From the NCBI GenBank assembly GCA_963727445.1, contig CAVSGI010000015.1, forward strand, positions 1-64,000: a stretch of DNA of 64,000 bases, in the 5' to 3' direction. Below, one piece after another: positions 21,302 to 32,800 of this stretch (positions within the stretch are counted from its first letter, which is position 1; every line of letters starts with the position of its first letter). A program made the position numbers and the translations under genes. The stretch comes from an uncultured delta proteobacterium (GTDB lineage: Bacteria > Myxococcota_A > Polyangia > Polyangiales > B10-G4). The notes beneath the pieces are model-generated. The model was not told the DNA's origin. It ran no database searches and worked only from the letters and a program-made list of their open reading frames with translations.

Positions 21302-22657
21302 TCAGATCAGCATGCTCGCAGGCGACTCGATCAGGCGCTTGAGGATCGACAGGAACTCCGCGCCGGTGGCCCCGTCGATGACGCGGTGGTCGCAGCTCAT
21401 CGTCATGCGCATGCGCTTGCCGGGGACGACGGCGCCGTTCTTCACCACCGGCTCGTCGCGGATGGTGCCCACGGCGAGGATGGCGCCCTCGGGCGGGTTG
21501 ATGACGGCGGTGAACTCCTCGATCCCGAACATGCCGAGGTTCGAGATGGAGAAGGTGCCGTCCTTGAACTCCTCTGGCCTGAGCTTCTTGTCCCGCGCTC
21601 GGCCGGCGAGCTCGCGCACCTCGGCGGAGATCTCGGAGAGGCCCTTCTGATCGGCGTTGCGCACCACCGGGGTGATCAGGCCGTCGGGGATCGAGACCGC
21701 GACCGAGATGTCGACGCGACCGTGGTAGTGGATGGTGTCGCCGCGATAGGACGCGTTGACCGGCGGGTAGCGCCGGAGCGCGACGGCGGCCGCCTTGATG
21801 ATCAGGTCGTTGACCGAGACCTTCTCGCCAGTGCGCTCGAGCTCGGCGTTGATGCCTTTGCGCGCCGCGAGCAGCGGCTCCATGTCGCAATCGATGGTCA
21901 GGTAGTAGTGCGGGACGTCGCGCTTCGACTCGGTGAGTCGCCGCGCGATGGTCTTTCGCATCTGGCTCGTCTTCTCGACGCGGTCCTCGCGCGAGGCGAA
22001 GGTGCGCGCTGCGGCTGCGGGCGCCGCTGAAGCGCCACCGCTCTCGAGGAACGCCTCGAAGTCGCGCTTGATGATGCGCCCGCGCGGCCCCGAGCCCTGG
22101 ATCTGACCGAGGTCGACGCCGTGCTCGATCGCGAGCTTGCGCACCACGGGCGAGGCCAGCACGCGTCCTTCGACGACGGCTGCCGTGGGGGCGCGCGTCC
22201 CGGCGCCGGTGCCGACGCCAGTGATCGATCCCGCGACGGTCTTCGCGCCCGTGCCTTCGCCGGAGAGGGACCCAGCCACCGTCTGACTCTGTGAGTCCGT
22301 TCCGGGGCCCTCCGGCTGCGGTCCATCGCTTGGGCCTGAGCCGCCACCGGCGTCCCTCGGGCTCGACGTGGCGGCCGCCCCCTTCTTGGCCTCTTCGATG
22401 AGCGCCGAGACGTCCTCGCCCTTGTCCCCGATGATGCAGACCGGCGCCTCGGCCGGCAGCGTCTCGCCCTCCTCGACCAGGATCTTCAGGAGCACGCCCT
22501 TGTCGAAGGAGCGGAACTCCATCGTCGCCTTGTCGGTCTCGACCTCGGCGAGGAGATCGTCGACCTCGATCTCGTCGCCCTCTTTCTTCTCCCAGGAGAC
22601 GAGGGTCCCCTCGTCCATGGTGGGGGAGAGCTTCGGCAATCCGATGATCTTCGCCAT
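21302..22657 (-). CDS. pdhC: Pyruvate dehydrogenase E2 dihydrolipoamide acetyltransferase
   Basis: Lipoyl motif [11 protein letters not shown]3-binding [17 protein letters not shown], catalytic SCDHRVIDG. Confidence 0.95.
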   Translation of the reverse strand: MAKIIGLPKLSPTMDEGTLVSWEKKEGDEIEVDDLLAEVETDKATMEFRSFDKGVLLKILVEEGETLPAEAPVCIIGDKGEDVSALIEEAKKGAAATSSPRDAGGGSGPSDGPQPEGPGTDSQSQTVAGSLSGEGTGAKTVAGSITGVGTGAGTRAPTAAVVEGRVLASPVVRKLAIEHGVDLGQIQGSGPRGRIIKRDFEAFLESGGASAAPAAAARTFASREDRVEKTSQMRKTIARRLTESKRDVPHYYLTIDCDMEPLLAARKGINAELERTGEKVSVNDLIIKAAAVALRRYPPVNASYRGDTIHYHGRVDISVAVSIPDGLITPVVRNADQKGLSEISAEVRELAGRARDKKLRPEEFKDGTFSISNLGMFGIEEFTAVINPPEGAILAVGTIRDEPVVKNGAVVPGKRMRMTMSCDHRVIDGATGAEFLSILKRLIESPASMLI

Positions 22658-22660
22658 GTC

Positions 22661-23650
22661 TTAGTCCCGGTAGGAGGCGCGCTTCACTGCGTCGGTGACG
22701 CGGGCGACGGTGGGCAGGACCGTCTGCTCGAGGTTGGTGGCGTAGGGCATGGGTACGTCGAGGCCAGCGACCCGCTCGATGGGCGCGTCGAGCCAGTCGA
22801 AGGCGCCGCGCTGCATCTGGTCGACGATCTCCGCGCCCGGCCCACCGTAGGGCCAGTGCTCGTGGACGACCACGCAGCGGTTCGTCTTCTTCACGCTCTC
22901 GGTGATCAGGTCGACGTCGAGGGGCCGGAGCGTGCGCGGGTCGACGACCTCGCACTCGATGCCCGCCTTGGCGAGGTTCTCGGCGGCCTCCATCACCGTG
23001 TAATAAGGACGAGCCCCAGGTGACGATGGTGCAGTCGCTGCCCTCGCGGGCGATGCGTCCCTCGCCGATCGGCAGGACCTCCTCCTCGCCTTCGCCCGGG
23101 ACCTCGCCCTTGACCCCGTAGATGGTCTCGCCTTCGAGGAAGATGACCGGGTTGTTGCTGCGGATGGCCGCCTTGAGCAAGCCCTTGGCGTCCCGCGGGG
23201 TCGCTGGGCGCGATGACGTACATGCCAGGGACGCTGCAGTAGAAAGGCTCGACCGAGTGGCTGTGCTGGCTCGCGACCTGGCGCGCGGCGCCGTTGGGCC
23301 CGCGGAAGACGATGGGCACGTGCACCTGGCCGGCGCTCATCTGATAGATCTTCGCCGCGTTCTGCACGATCTGGTCGAGGGCGACGAAGGAGAAGTTCCA
23401 GGTCATGAACTCGACGATGGGTCGAAGGCCCGACCATCGCGGCGCCGATGCCGACGCCGGCGAAGCCCGCTTCGGCGATGGGCGTGTCGATGACCCGCTT
23501 GTCGCCGAACTCGTCGAGCAGGCCCTGGGTCACCTTGTAGGCGCCCTGGTAGTGGCCGACCTCCTCGCCCATGATGAAGACGCGCTCGTCGCGCGCCATC
23601 TCTTCCTGGATCGCCTCGCGGATGGCGTCGCGGTAACGGACCTCGCGCAT
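22661..23650 (-). CDS. pdhB: Pyruvate dehydrogenase E1 beta subunit; three apparent +1 frameshifts (~23430, ~23195, ~23013)
   Basis: [53 protein letters not shown] and DVPMPYA are spread over three frames. Confidence 0.9.
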   Translation of the reverse strand: MREVRYRDAIREAIQEEMARDERVFIMGEEVGHYQGAYKVTQGLLDEFGDKRVIDTPIAEAGFAGVGIGAAMVGPSTHRRVHDLELLLRRPRPDRAERGEDLSDERRPGARAHRLPRAQRRRAPGREPAQPLGRAFLLQRPWHVRHRAQRPRGTPRACSRRPSAATTRSSSSKARPSTGSRARSRAKARRRSCRSARDASPARAATAPSSPGARPYYTVMEAAENLAKAGIECEVVDPRTLRPLDVDLITESVKKTNRCVVVHEHWPYGGPGAEIVDQMQRGAFDWLDAPIERVAGLDVPMPYATNLEQTVLPTVARVTDAVKRASYRD

Positions 23651-24615
23651 CACTGACCCTCCGGCGCCATCACGCTCTGCCACATGACCTCTTCCCTGGC
23701 GGGCTCCGCTTTCTCGGCGAAGGACACCGCGTCCTGCACCGTCGCTTCGACCTCTTCCTCGAGGGCGGCGAGCTCTTCCTCGCGCATGCCCGAGTCGAGG
23801 AGCGCGTTGCGCGCGAGCTTGACCGGATCGCGCTTCTTGCGCTCCTCGAGCTCTTCCTTCGTGCGGTACTTGCCGGGGTCGCTCATGGAGTGACCGCGGA
23901 AGCGGTAGGTCATGATCTCGATGAGGGTCGCGCCCTCGCCGCGGCGCGCGCGCTCGACCGCTCGAGCGATGCGCTTTCGGACCTCGAGGACCTCGTGACC
24001 GTCGAAGCGATCCCAGTGCATGCCGTAGCCGGCGGCCTTGGAGGTGATGTCCTCGACGGGCGAGGTGCGCGACATGGGCGTGCCCATGGCGTAGGTATTG
24101 TTCTCGACGACGGCGACAAGCGGCAGGTGCCACAGGCCCGCGAGGCTCAGCGCTTCGTGGAAGCCGCCGATGTTGGTCGCGCCTTCGCCGAGGAAGACGA
24201 GGGCGACGCGACCCTCCTCGGTGTACTTCGCTTTGAAGGCGGCGCCCGCGGCGAGCGCGACATGACCACCGACGATGCCGTAGCCGCCGTAGAAGTGGTG
24301 CTCGACGTCGAAGAAGTGCATCGAGCCGCCGAGGCCGCGCGAGCAGCCGGCATCCTTGCCGTAGAGCTCCGCCATACAGGCGCGCGCCGGCGTCCCGCGC
24401 GCCAGCGCGATGCCGTGATCGCGGTACGTCTGAAAGACGTAGTCGTCGGGCCGCACGGCGGCGTTGGCGCCGACCGCGATCGACTCCTGGCCGATGTAGA
24501 GATGGAGGAAACCGCCGATGCTTCCCTTCGCGTAAGCACGCGCCGCCTCTTCTTCGAAGCGGCGGATCAGGAACATCTGGCGGTAGAGCGGTGTGAGCTC
24601 GTCGCGCTTCGCCAT
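23650..24615 (-). CDS. pdhA: Pyruvate dehydrogenase E1 alpha subunit
   Basis: GFLHLYIGQE, GGSMH, GEGA..ENN, YRFRGHSMSDP. Confidence 0.95.
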   Translation of the reverse strand: MAKRDELTPLYRQMFLIRRFEEEAARAYAKGSIGGFLHLYIGQESIAVGANAAVRPDDYVFQTYRDHGIALARGTPARACMAELYGKDAGCSRGLGGSMHFFDVEHHFYGGYGIVGGHVALAAGAAFKAKYTEEGRVALVFLGEGATNIGGFHEALSLAGLWHLPLVAVVENNTYAMGTPMSRTSPVEDITSKAAGYGMHWDRFDGHEVLEVRKRIARAVERARRGEGATLIEIMTYRFRGHSMSDPGKYRTKEELEERKKRDPVKLARNALLDSGMREEELAALEEEVEATVQDAVSFAEKAEPAREEVMWQSVMAPEGQ

Positions 24616-24712
24616 GGGAGCGGGAGGCTACCGCCGAACACCACGGGATCGAAGGCTGAACCGGGGCGCAGGGTATCGTGGGCAGCAATCCGAGGGGCCG
24701 TGACGCGGTGCG

Positions 24713-25171
24713 TCACGGCAGGAGGAGCTTCTTCACGACGTCGCGCTTGTCGTCGCGCGCCTCGATCTCGTCCTCGGGGGTCCAGCTCATGTCGGCTTCG
24801 AGGCGATAGGTGCCGCGGAAGGTGTGGGGCGGCGCGCCGTTCCAGTCGTCGGGACTGAGCATGGAGAAATAGAGTGTCTCGTCCTCGCGCACGTAGAGGT
24901 GGTAGCGGCGTCCGGGGCGACGCTGGAAGCTGCATTCGGCCCGGTGGAGCTCCGCGTCCCGCTGGGCGCGCGTCAGGATCGACCGCGCCTGTTCCTGCAG
25001 CGCGCGGATCTGATCGACGATGGTCTCGAGCTGATTGCCCACCACCGCGCTCATCATCTGGTCCGCCTCCTGGATCTGCTTCGCCACATCCACCAGGTCG
25101 AAAGCCGGCGCCAGCCGACTCACGGGATAGGGCGAAGAGCGATCCGGACCCTCGTGCTTGTCGTCCGCCAC
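24713..25171 (-). CDS. DUF2452-like protein
   Basis: SSPYPVSRLAP, YHLY, SMLSPDDW, YRLEADMSW. Confidence 0.7.
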   Translation of the reverse strand: MADDKHEGPDRSSPYPVSRLAPAFDLVDVAKQIQEADQMMSAVVGNQLETIVDQIRALQEQARSILTRAQRDAELHRAECSFQRRPGRRYHLYVREDETLYFSMLSPDDWNGAPPHTFRGTYRLEADMSWTPEDEIEARDDKRDVVKKLLLP

Positions 25172-25209
25172 GCCCGTCTATCTGCGCCGTTCACGCCCGA
25201 TGTGCAAAG

Positions 25210-25304
25210 GGGGACGGTCTACACTTTTCAACTTTTGCCTCCCCGCCGCCGGCACCGGCCCGAACCAACTCCCGACCAAAAGTTGAAAAGTGTAGACCGT
25301 CCCC
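25210..25304. repeat. Inverted pair of the REP-like unit (28 bp perfect arms, 39 bp loop)
   Basis: ggggacggtctacacttttcaacttttg (25210-25237) and caaaagttgaaaagtgtagaccgtcccc (25277-25304); same core as 1057-1322. Confidence 0.9.
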
Positions 25305-25308
25305 GAAT

Positions 25309-25341
25309 GAAAAAGGCCCGGCTGCGTGAGCAGCCGGGCCT
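25309..25341 (-). terminator. Rho-independent terminator of the metalloprotease operon
   Basis: Minus strand AGGCCCGGCTGC-TCAC-GCAGCCGGGCCT followed by TTTTC, ~22 nt after the stop at 25364. Confidence 0.85.
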
Positions 25342-25363
25342 CGTTCAGGGTGACCTCAGACGA

Positions 25364-28300
25364 TCAGAGGAAGTAGGCGCTGATGCCGTACTGACGCTGG
25401 ATGTCGATGAGGTACTCGAGGAAGGACTCGTTGGAGGTGAGCTGCTCGGTCAGGACGTGGAGCTCGTCGAGCTCGTCGGCCGTCGGCGAGGGGAGCGCGG
25501 TGAGCGTGCGGATACGCTCCTGCGTCTGCACCATGCGGGTGAGGAGCTGGAAGCCCAACTGCTCTTCCTCGAGGTTGTAGGTGAGGCGGGGCTTGACCTT
25601 GACGGCCACGTAGCCCGTGTGGAAGCGGTCGGACTCGTAGATGACGTAGTCGGCGTCCACCGAGTCGCAGCCAGTGTCGTGGCTGGTGCCGGGAAGCGCC
25701 GTGTCGCCATAGGCGCAGGTCGTCGTCCCGTCCGTCTGGGTGTCGGGCAGCGTGAAGCTGTCGCCAGCCTGGATCTTGAAGACCGACAGACGCTGCTCGA
25801 AGGAGGTGTCGTAGAAGACGGGGAACTGGGCGAGCGCCAGGACCGTGGCCCAGTCACGCAACAGCTCCGGCGTGGTTCCGGCGATGGCCGTACCCGGATA
25901 GACGTCCTCTTGGGACCCGCGACAAGGCTGCCTGCCCGTGGGGGTGTCGCAGGTGCCGCGGTACCAGTTGAGGTAAGTGAGCTGCGGCGAGCCGTCCACC
26001 ATCTCGACCCGCGGCTGGTACCAGCGAGGCTGGTCGGTGATCAGACCACCGAAGAACTCGGTCATCTCCACCGGGAAGAGGTCGAAGAAGTTGATGAAGT
26101 AACGCTCGTCGATGGTGAAGGAGAAGCCCCAGTCGCGGATGGCGAGCGCCAACAGCGCGTAGAACTTGTCCATGAAGACGCCGGCGCGCTCGCGGCGGAA
26201 GAAGCCCCAGTAGCCGTCCTGGTACTTCGACCACGTCGGGAAGCCGATGCCGAGCGGCACGTTCATGTCGCCCATGTCCATCGTCTCGCCCATGTAGCGG
26301 TAGACCTCCTGGTCGGGGTCGTACTCGTAGGAGCCCGCGTCCGGCATGGCGACCAGCTCGGTCATCCAGTTCATGGCGTCGATGGACGCGAAGAACTGGT
26401 CGTTGAAGCCGAGCGGGCCTGCCTCCGAGCGGAAGCCTGGCTCGTTGAAGTACCGGAAGAAGAGGTGCTGGTAGATCTTCGCCGCGTCGATGACGAAGCC
26501 GAGGGTCGCCAGGCCCCGGAGCGACGTGTCGCGGAAGCGACGGTAGTAGCTCGTGGGATAGGTCTCCTCGAAACGACGGCGGTAGAAGTCGATCGTCTCG
26601 GTGAAAGACTCACCCGCATCGAAGCGGTTGCACCAGGAGATGTCCTGAACGCGGTCGTCGGTGCAGAAGAGGTAGTCCACCGGATACATCTCGGGACTGT
26701 CGCTCGAGTCGTACGGCGGCGTACCGATCGAGTAGTCGATGATGTCCTCGTAGAAGGGCGAGCACTGGCAGTTCTCACCGCTGGTGCACTCCCTCGGCAG
26801 ACGCGAGACGCGCACGTTCTCGATGCAGCGCTGGAAGACCGGCTGGTCGACGCGGCCCTGGCTGAAGGGGCAGTCCGAGTCGACGTTGCAGGCCTCGCCG
26901 CCGCGGTAGTCCTTCATGAACTGGCGCGGGGTGCGGGCATCCACGACGTCGTCGAGGCTGTCGCCGCGGGCCACGTGTGGGTCGGAGGTGAAGGCCTCGA
27001 CGAGACCGAAGGCGTTCCAGTTGGCCGCGGCCATGTCGTAGTAGCCGAGCTTCGGGCCGAAGGTGCTCATGTCACCGTCGTAGTCCATGACCGAGTTGGT
27101 CATGGTCATCCCGAGGCCCGCCTCGTGGCGCCGGTTACGGACGTCGCGGAGGTCGGCGTAGAAGCGGTTCACGTCCTCGCCGCCCTGGAAGCCGTCCCCG
27201 TCGGGGTCGTACTCCGGGTCGAACAGGCTCGGCAGCGCGAGGTCGTCGCGGAGGACGACGTTGTAGTAGCCGTCGGCGTAGGAGTCCCGGTCGTAGCTCG
27301 CGCCAAAGTTGTGACGCAGGCCGACCGAGTGACCCATCTCGTGGTGCATGATGCCGCGGAGGTAGAGCTGCATCATGCGGATGGCCGCCTCTTCCTGCGG
27401 CTTGTCCGCGAAGAGGTCCGCCCAGTACTTGTAGACGACGTTGCTGATCTCGGGCGCCATTGGCGGGTCCATGTTGTACTGGCCCAGCTTCTGCCAGAGC
27501 TGACGGTCCCGCATCATCCCGTCCATGAACCCGTCACGGAAGGGCGAGGTGGTGCCGATCATGTCGGGCGCGAGAGCGGAGGTGCGGTCCGGGATCCGGG
27601 TCGTGTCGACCTGACCGAACATGAGCTCTGCTCCGTCGGGGCCCATCGACTCGAGGAGGTGCGTCTCCTGGGGCGTACCCGCGAGCGTGTGCATGCGGTC
27701 GCTCAGGATGTTGGCGCGACCCTCGGGGGTCGGCGCCAGGCGCTGGAAGTCCTCGATGCGGTCCTCGAAGAGGTGCTGCAGGCGCTCGCCGGTCATGACC
27801 GGCATGCCGGGGCGGGTCGGGTCGTCGATGGAGTAGCCATCCGAGCCCGAGGGCGCGTAGGACACCGGCCGCTCGACCTTGCCGAGGTTGGCGAAGTAGT
27901 CGCGGGTGATCTCACCCTCGAAGTAGCGGTCCGCGGCACCCGGCTCGCCCCGGAGAACCGGGAAGTAGTCGATGGCCAGGCCGACGGCCGACTCCGCGGA
28001 GGGAGCCGCCATGTTGGCGTTGGAGACGATGAGCTCGCCGGTGGTCGGGTCGACCAGGGGCAGGGACACGCCGCCGAACTGCAGGTTGCCGTGCTGGATG
28101 TAGTTGAAGAACTGGTAGCGGAGATCGCCCAGCTCCTCACACGGCTTGGACGGATCCTTGTCGCAGCTGTTGGCGTTGAGGACGAAGGCGCACTCGTCGC
28201 CGACGAACTCGTAGCCGAAGACCGCGTCCGTGTACTCGTCGAAGGAGGTCGGATGCGCGGGCTCGGTGTAGCCCTCCGGCGCCTGGACGTAGCAGTCGTA

Positions 28301-29863
28301 CGGGTCCGTCACGCCGGCCGCCATGGCGTCCGCCGGCGACTGGAAGGGGTCGTACTTGTAGGCGCAGGTGCCATCGCCGCGGTCGTCGGGCGAGCCGCAG
28401 TAGCAGTAGTCGACCGGGTTCTCGCTCTGACAGGCCATGCCCGAAGAGCTCGGAAGCGCGAGGCCCATGCGGCCGCGATGGCCGGCCATGAAGGAGCCGT
28501 TCCAGTCGCCGATGGTCTGGAAGGCCGTCTTCACGAGGTGCTTCGGGAAGCCGGGGCTCAGCCAGTAGTTGACCTTGCGCGTCTCGCGCTCGTTCATCGG
28601 AACGGTGCAGCGGCGCGCCGAGCGGTCGCAGACCGAGCCGTTGGAACCGGCACCGAAGCGGCCATCACACTGATAGTCCGCAGTGCAGCTCTGCTCCGTG
28701 AGGTGGTCCACGAAGTGGTTGTGGCGGGGACGGTAGAACGTCAGGAAGTCCAGCTCGCCGTAGTCGTCGGTGAGACCGCCCGAGCACACGCCCACACCCG
28801 TCAGACCCTCGATGTAGCCGGGGGACGACGGATCCGAGAAGTAGTTCATGTCGCAGTAGCCGCCGCTGCCGCAGTCGGAGTCGGCGGAGCAGCGCTTCTC
28901 GAGGGTCGCCAGGTCCGCGCCGCCACGCACGTAGGTGCGCTGGTAGGTGCGGAAGGTGCCGAAGCGGTCGAACTCGCGGTGCGACTCCGTCTCGACGGCG
29001 TACTCGTGGTTGGGCGGAACCCGTAGGAACGAGTTTCGGACCGTGACCGCGGCCGTTTGACAGGGGATGTCGTAGATGAGGCAGTTGACGCCCGGGCTGT
29101 AGAGCTCCTGGGTGACGAAGCTCATGTAGTGGACGCTGTCCTGCATCTCCGCCGGCCACTCGTCGGCGAACTTGTAGGTGGGGTCGTCGGCGATGCGGAT
29201 GAACTGGGGCTGCCAGGACGCCGGGAACTCCGGATGCGCACCCTCCTGGAAGAAGAAGGGCTGCGACTCGCGGATGGCGCTGCCGAAGAGGTCGGCGCCG
29301 GTCAGGTAGTAGAACGAGGTGATCAGGTTCTGCGACCAGTCGACGCGAACGAACTGACGCTCGTACCAGCGTCGGTCCGAGGTGTCCTCGACCAGGACGT
29401 TCGACCGCTGACCCGTGTAGGTGTTGTAGTCGTAGCGGACGTCGACGTGATCCTGGATGGCGAAGACCGCCAGCGGCTGACCCCGGAAGTCCGGGCTGTG
29501 GCCGTCGTCGTTACCGCCGTCGATCAGCTCGTACGCGCGGAACGCGAAGAGGTAGTTCTGGTCGATGACCCAGCGGATGCGGGCGACCGAGCCGGACTGA
29601 GCGTTGTCGACGCCCATGTCGGCCCAGCCCATCTGGCCCTGGAACACGCCCATGATCGCCGCCTCGTCGCCGTCGACGTCGACGATGGTTTGCGCGTACC
29701 ACCACTCGCCTTCGAAGACCGACTTGTCGACGAGGTTGGTCTGGACACGGTTGACTTCTGCGCCCGTGGTCTGGCAGCCGACGGCCGCCAGAATCGCGAG
29801 GAAGAACGTGGTCATTCCAAAAGGCTTCATGACTCCACCAATACGAAGGTTCTGCTTATTCAT
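25364..29863 (-). CDS. Giant zinc-dependent metalloprotease lipoprotein (metzincin, EcxA/DUF4953-like), paralog B
   Basis: Lipobox AAVGC; HEMGHSVGLRHNF; Met-turn NSVMDY; YLFCTDD, CNRFDAG; 1499 aa. Confidence 0.85.
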   Translation of the reverse strand: MNKQNLRIGGVMKPFGMTTFFLAILAAVGCQTTGAEVNRVQTNLVDKSVFEGEWWYAQTIVDVDGDEAAIMGVFQGQMGWADMGVDNAQSGSVARIRWVIDQNYLFAFRAYELIDGGNDDGHSPDFRGQPLAVFAIQDHVDVRYDYNTYTGQRSNVLVEDTSDRRWYERQFVRVDWSQNLITSFYYLTGADLFGSAIRESQPFFFQEGAHPEFPASWQPQFIRIADDPTYKFADEWPAEMQDSVHYMSFVTQELYSPGVNCLIYDIPCQTAAVTVRNSFLRVPPNHEYAVETESHREFDRFGTFRTYQRTYVRGGADLATLEKRCSADSDCGSGGYCDMNYFSDPSSPGYIEGLTGVGVCSGGLTDDYGELDFLTFYRPRHNHFVDHLTEQSCTADYQCDGRFGAGSNGSVCDRSARRCTVPMNERETRKVNYWLSPGFPKHLVKTAFQTIGDWNGSFMAGHRGRMGLALPSSSGMACQSENPVDYCYCGSPDDRGDGTCAYKYDPFQSPADAMAAGVTDPYDCYVQAPEGYTEPAHPTSFDEYTDAVFGYEFVGDECAFVLNANSCDKDPSKPCEELGDLRYQFFNYIQHGNLQFGGVSLPLVDPTTGELIVSNANMAAPSAESAVGLAIDYFPVLRGEPGAADRYFEGEITRDYFANLGKVERPVSYAPSGSDGYSIDDPTRPGMPVMTGERLQHLFEDRIEDFQRLAPTPEGRANILSDRMHTLAGTPQETHLLESMGPDGAELMFGQVDTTRIPDRTSALAPDMIGTTSPFRDGFMDGMMRDRQLWQKLGQYNMDPPMAPEISNVVYKYWADLFADKPQEEAAIRMMQLYLRGIMHHEMGHSVGLRHNFGASYDRDSYADGYYNVVLRDDLALPSLFDPEYDPDGDGFQGGEDVNRFYADLRDVRNRRHEAGLGMTMTNSVMDYDGDMSTFGPKLGYYDMAAANWNAFGLVEAFTSDPHVARGDSLDDVVDARTPRQFMKDYRGGEACNVDSDCPFSQGRVDQPVFQRCIENVRVSRLPRECTSGENCQCSPFYEDIIDYSIGTPPYDSSDSPEMYPVDYLFCTDDRVQDISWCNRFDAGESFTETIDFYRRRFEETYPTSYYRRFRDTSLRGLATLGFVIDAAKIYQHLFFRYFNEPGFRSEAGPLGFNDQFFASIDAMNWMTELVAMPDAGSYEYDPDQEVYRYMGETMDMGDMNVPLGIGFPTWSKYQDGYWGFFRRERAGVFMDKFYALLALAIRDWGFSFTIDERYFINFFDLFPVEMTEFFGGLITDQPRWYQPRVEMVDGSPQLTYLNWYRGTCDTPTGRQPCRGSQEDVYPGTAIAGTTPELLRDWATVLALAQFPVFYDTSFEQRLSVFKIQAGDSFTLPDTQTDGTTTCAYGDTALPGTSHDTGCDSVDADYVIYESDRFHTGYVAVKVKPRLTYNLEEEQLGFQLLTRMVQTQERIRTLTALPSPTADELDELHVLTEQLTSNESFLEYLIDIQRQYGISAYFL

Positions 29864-29877
29864 CTCGATATCCCCGA

Positions 29878-32800
29878 TTAGAAGCTAACGAGCCCGGTGA
29901 TACCGATCTGGTTCTCGAGCTGAATGAGCTGGTTGAAGAAGGACTCGAGGTCCTGCAGGCGCCCGAAGAGTCGATTGAGCTCGGAGTCGAGCGTGTCGGA
30001 GTCACTCGGGATGGTGTAGTCGATGGCCGTGAGGCGGGCGCGCTCGGCCGGCGACAGGTTGGTCAGGCTGTTGGGCGTGCCGCCGTAGTCACCGCGGTAC
30101 TTGCGGAGCGACTCGACGATGAAGTCGAGGTCGGCCGCTTCGCTGACCATGTCGAAGCCCATGGAGGTCTGCGTCGTGATCGCTCCGGTCGGCTCCACCT
30201 GGAAGGCCAGGAAGGACTTGCCGTAGCGGCGCGAGGTGTAGCGGACGTAGTCCACACCCTCGACCGCGCCGTCGCTGGGCGCGTAGCACGCCCCGTTGCC
30301 CTCGACGCAGACGAAGAGCTGGTTCTGGAAGGTCGTGTCGAAGTAGACCGAGAACTCGCTCAGGCCGTAGATGGCCGCGTAGATCTGCAGGAGGATGCTG
30401 CCGCCGCCGTCGAGGACCGGCATGTCGCGGTAGGTGACGTCCACCGGGTCCGGCCGGCAGGTCGTCGAGTCCTCGCGGAAGCAGTCGCCGCGGTAGAAGT
30501 CCATGTAGACGAGGCGCGGGTTGTCGCAGTTGGGGAACGTGCCCTCGCACTCCATGCGCGGTGCGTAGGTGTGCGGTCGTCCCGGATGAAGCCGCCGAAG
30601 AGGTGCTGCATCTCGAGCGGGAACACGTCGTAGAAGTTCACGAAGAAGGGCACGTCACGCGTGTACGAGGTCTGGTAACCGCGTCGCGCGAGGAGCTGCA
30701 TCGTGAAGAGCTTGTCGTAGAAGGTACCGATTCGCTCGATGCGGCTGATGCCGCTCAGACCCGACTGGTAGATGGAGCCGAAGTACTTGCCCAGGCCCAT
30801 CGGGACGCGGAGCTGAGCACCCGGCAGATCCGGGTCGACGCTCGAGCGCTGGTATCTCTGCCAGCCCTCGTTCCAGCGGTAGGCGCCGACGTCGGGCGAC
30901 GCGAAAACCTTCGCGTAGAAGTTGAGGATGTCGGCCGTCGCCAGGAACTGATCCTGGAAGCCGAAGGGCCCGGTGTCGTTCCGGAACTCCGGGTCCGAGG
31001 AGTAGTTGAACATCAGGTTCTGGTAGATGTTCTGGAGGATGACGAAGTGTCGTCCGATGAGCCGGCTGAAGATGTAGCCGCCGAAGTCGAACGTGCGGCG
31101 GTAGCGCCGGAAGTTCCGCCAGAGGTACATGCGGTCGTAGGCCTCGGAGATGTTCCGGACGATCTCGCGGTAGCTGTCGCCTTCGTCGAAGCGGTTGCAG
31201 ACGCCGAGGGTGCCCGGGGCGGTGCCGCCGCCGGCCGCACGCTCGTCGGTGCAGTACATGTAATCGACGGGCGCCCACGCCGGGGTCGGCGAGGAGGCAG
31301 CCATGGTCGCGAGGTCGGTGTCGAAGTTGGAGCAGATGTTGCCCAGGCCCGACGCGCGCGGGTTCGGAACGCAGGTCTGGGTCAGACCCGAGCTCATGTT
31401 CGTCGGCATGAGGTCGCCGGCGTGGGAGCCGCTCGTGGAGTACGGACAGTCGGCGTCGGTCTCGCAGACCTCGCCGCCGTTGTAGTACTTCATGTGGACG
31501 CGCGGGGTGTTGACCGGGTTGATGTCCCCGAGGGCGAGGCCGCCGCTGTTGTCGTAGACCTCGATGATGTCGCCGTAGGCGAAGCCGATGGCGTGGAAGT
31601 CGTACTTGCCGGCCTCACCGACCGAGCGCTCGTACCAGTTCGGCGTGTACTCCATCATCGAAGCGTTCATCCACTGGTCGATGCCCGCGAGCTCGCGGAT
31701 GCTCCGCGCGTCGTTGTAGGCGTCCTCGTAGGTGACCTGCTCCGCGGGGCTCAGGCCCGGCGTGCCGTCCAGGTCGTAGTCGGCCGGGTCGGGCATCGGG
31801 AAGCGCTCGTTGATGTAGTAGTAGTCGTCGAAGTAGTTGTTGCGGTCAGCGCTCGCCGCGAAGGAGTGGCGCAGACCCATGCAGTGGCCCATCTCGTGGA
31901 GCACGGTCTCGAAGAAGAGCAGCCGGTTGAGGGCGAACTCGAGGCGCGCCCGCGGCCAGTCGCGGTGGTTCTCGACGAAGTTGATGACGCAGTCGTCGAC
32001 GTACTCGTTCGGGAGCATCGCGTTCATGGACGAGACCTGGCGCTCGGCCTGAAGGAAGTTGTCGAGCTGCTTCTGGGCGGAGTTGCCGCGGAAGGGCGAG
32101 ACTGCGTCCAGGATCTGCTCGGTCGCCTCGGCGCCCTCGGGGACCTGGGTCAGGCCCATCAGCGCGTAGGTCTCCGGGTTGTCCAACAGGCGCCGCTCGA
32201 TGTCGGTGCCCGCCAGGTTCTGGAGACGGTCGCTGAAGATGTTCCGACGGCCGTCGGGGCCGCGGAGCTGGTTGGCGCGCTCCATGATGCGGTCCATGTG
32301 CGCCTGGACTCGGCCGAGCTCGGCCGGGTCGGCGGCCGCGCTGTTGAGCAGTTCGCGACCGAGAAGTCGATGCGCGGGGGCGCGGGCTGCTCGATGTTGT
32401 TGACGTTCTCCTGATAGCTGCGGACGTCCTCACCGGTGAGCAGCTCCTGCTCCGAGAGGTCGCCGTTGATCAGGTCGTAGTGCTCGAGGGCGTAGGTGCG
32501 GTAACCGTCGAGGGCCGGGCCGCCGATGTTGGCGTCGCCCGCGATGACCTCACCGGTGACGGGGTCGCCGCGGAGGGTCGCGATGCCGAGGAAGGCCGTG
32601 CCCGGCTGGTCGACGTAGCTGAGAAGCTTGTAGCGCAGGTCACCGCGCTCCTGGCAGTCCAGCCCGTCCTTGGTCCCGCCGTTCTCGGCGACCGCGGCGC
32701 GGTTGCAGGTGTTCATGCGAAGGACGGTGGCGCACTCGGTGCCGACCATGTGGGCGCCATACCAGCCGTAGAAGTCCTCGTCCGTGAGGCCCGGGTTGTT

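Noticed and set aside
22661..23650. pdhB as a true pseudogene or programmed frameshift
   Set aside because: All motifs are intact, there are no slippery heptamers or nonsense codons, and similar indels are scattered across the window, so sequencing error is more likely.
24824..29026. 1400 aa plus-strand ORF (also 1410..3674, 12827..15298, 30561..32414, 32480..34465, 40433..42742, 50756..52891)
   Set aside because: Antisense shadows of real genes, expected at high GC; they have no recognisable motifs.
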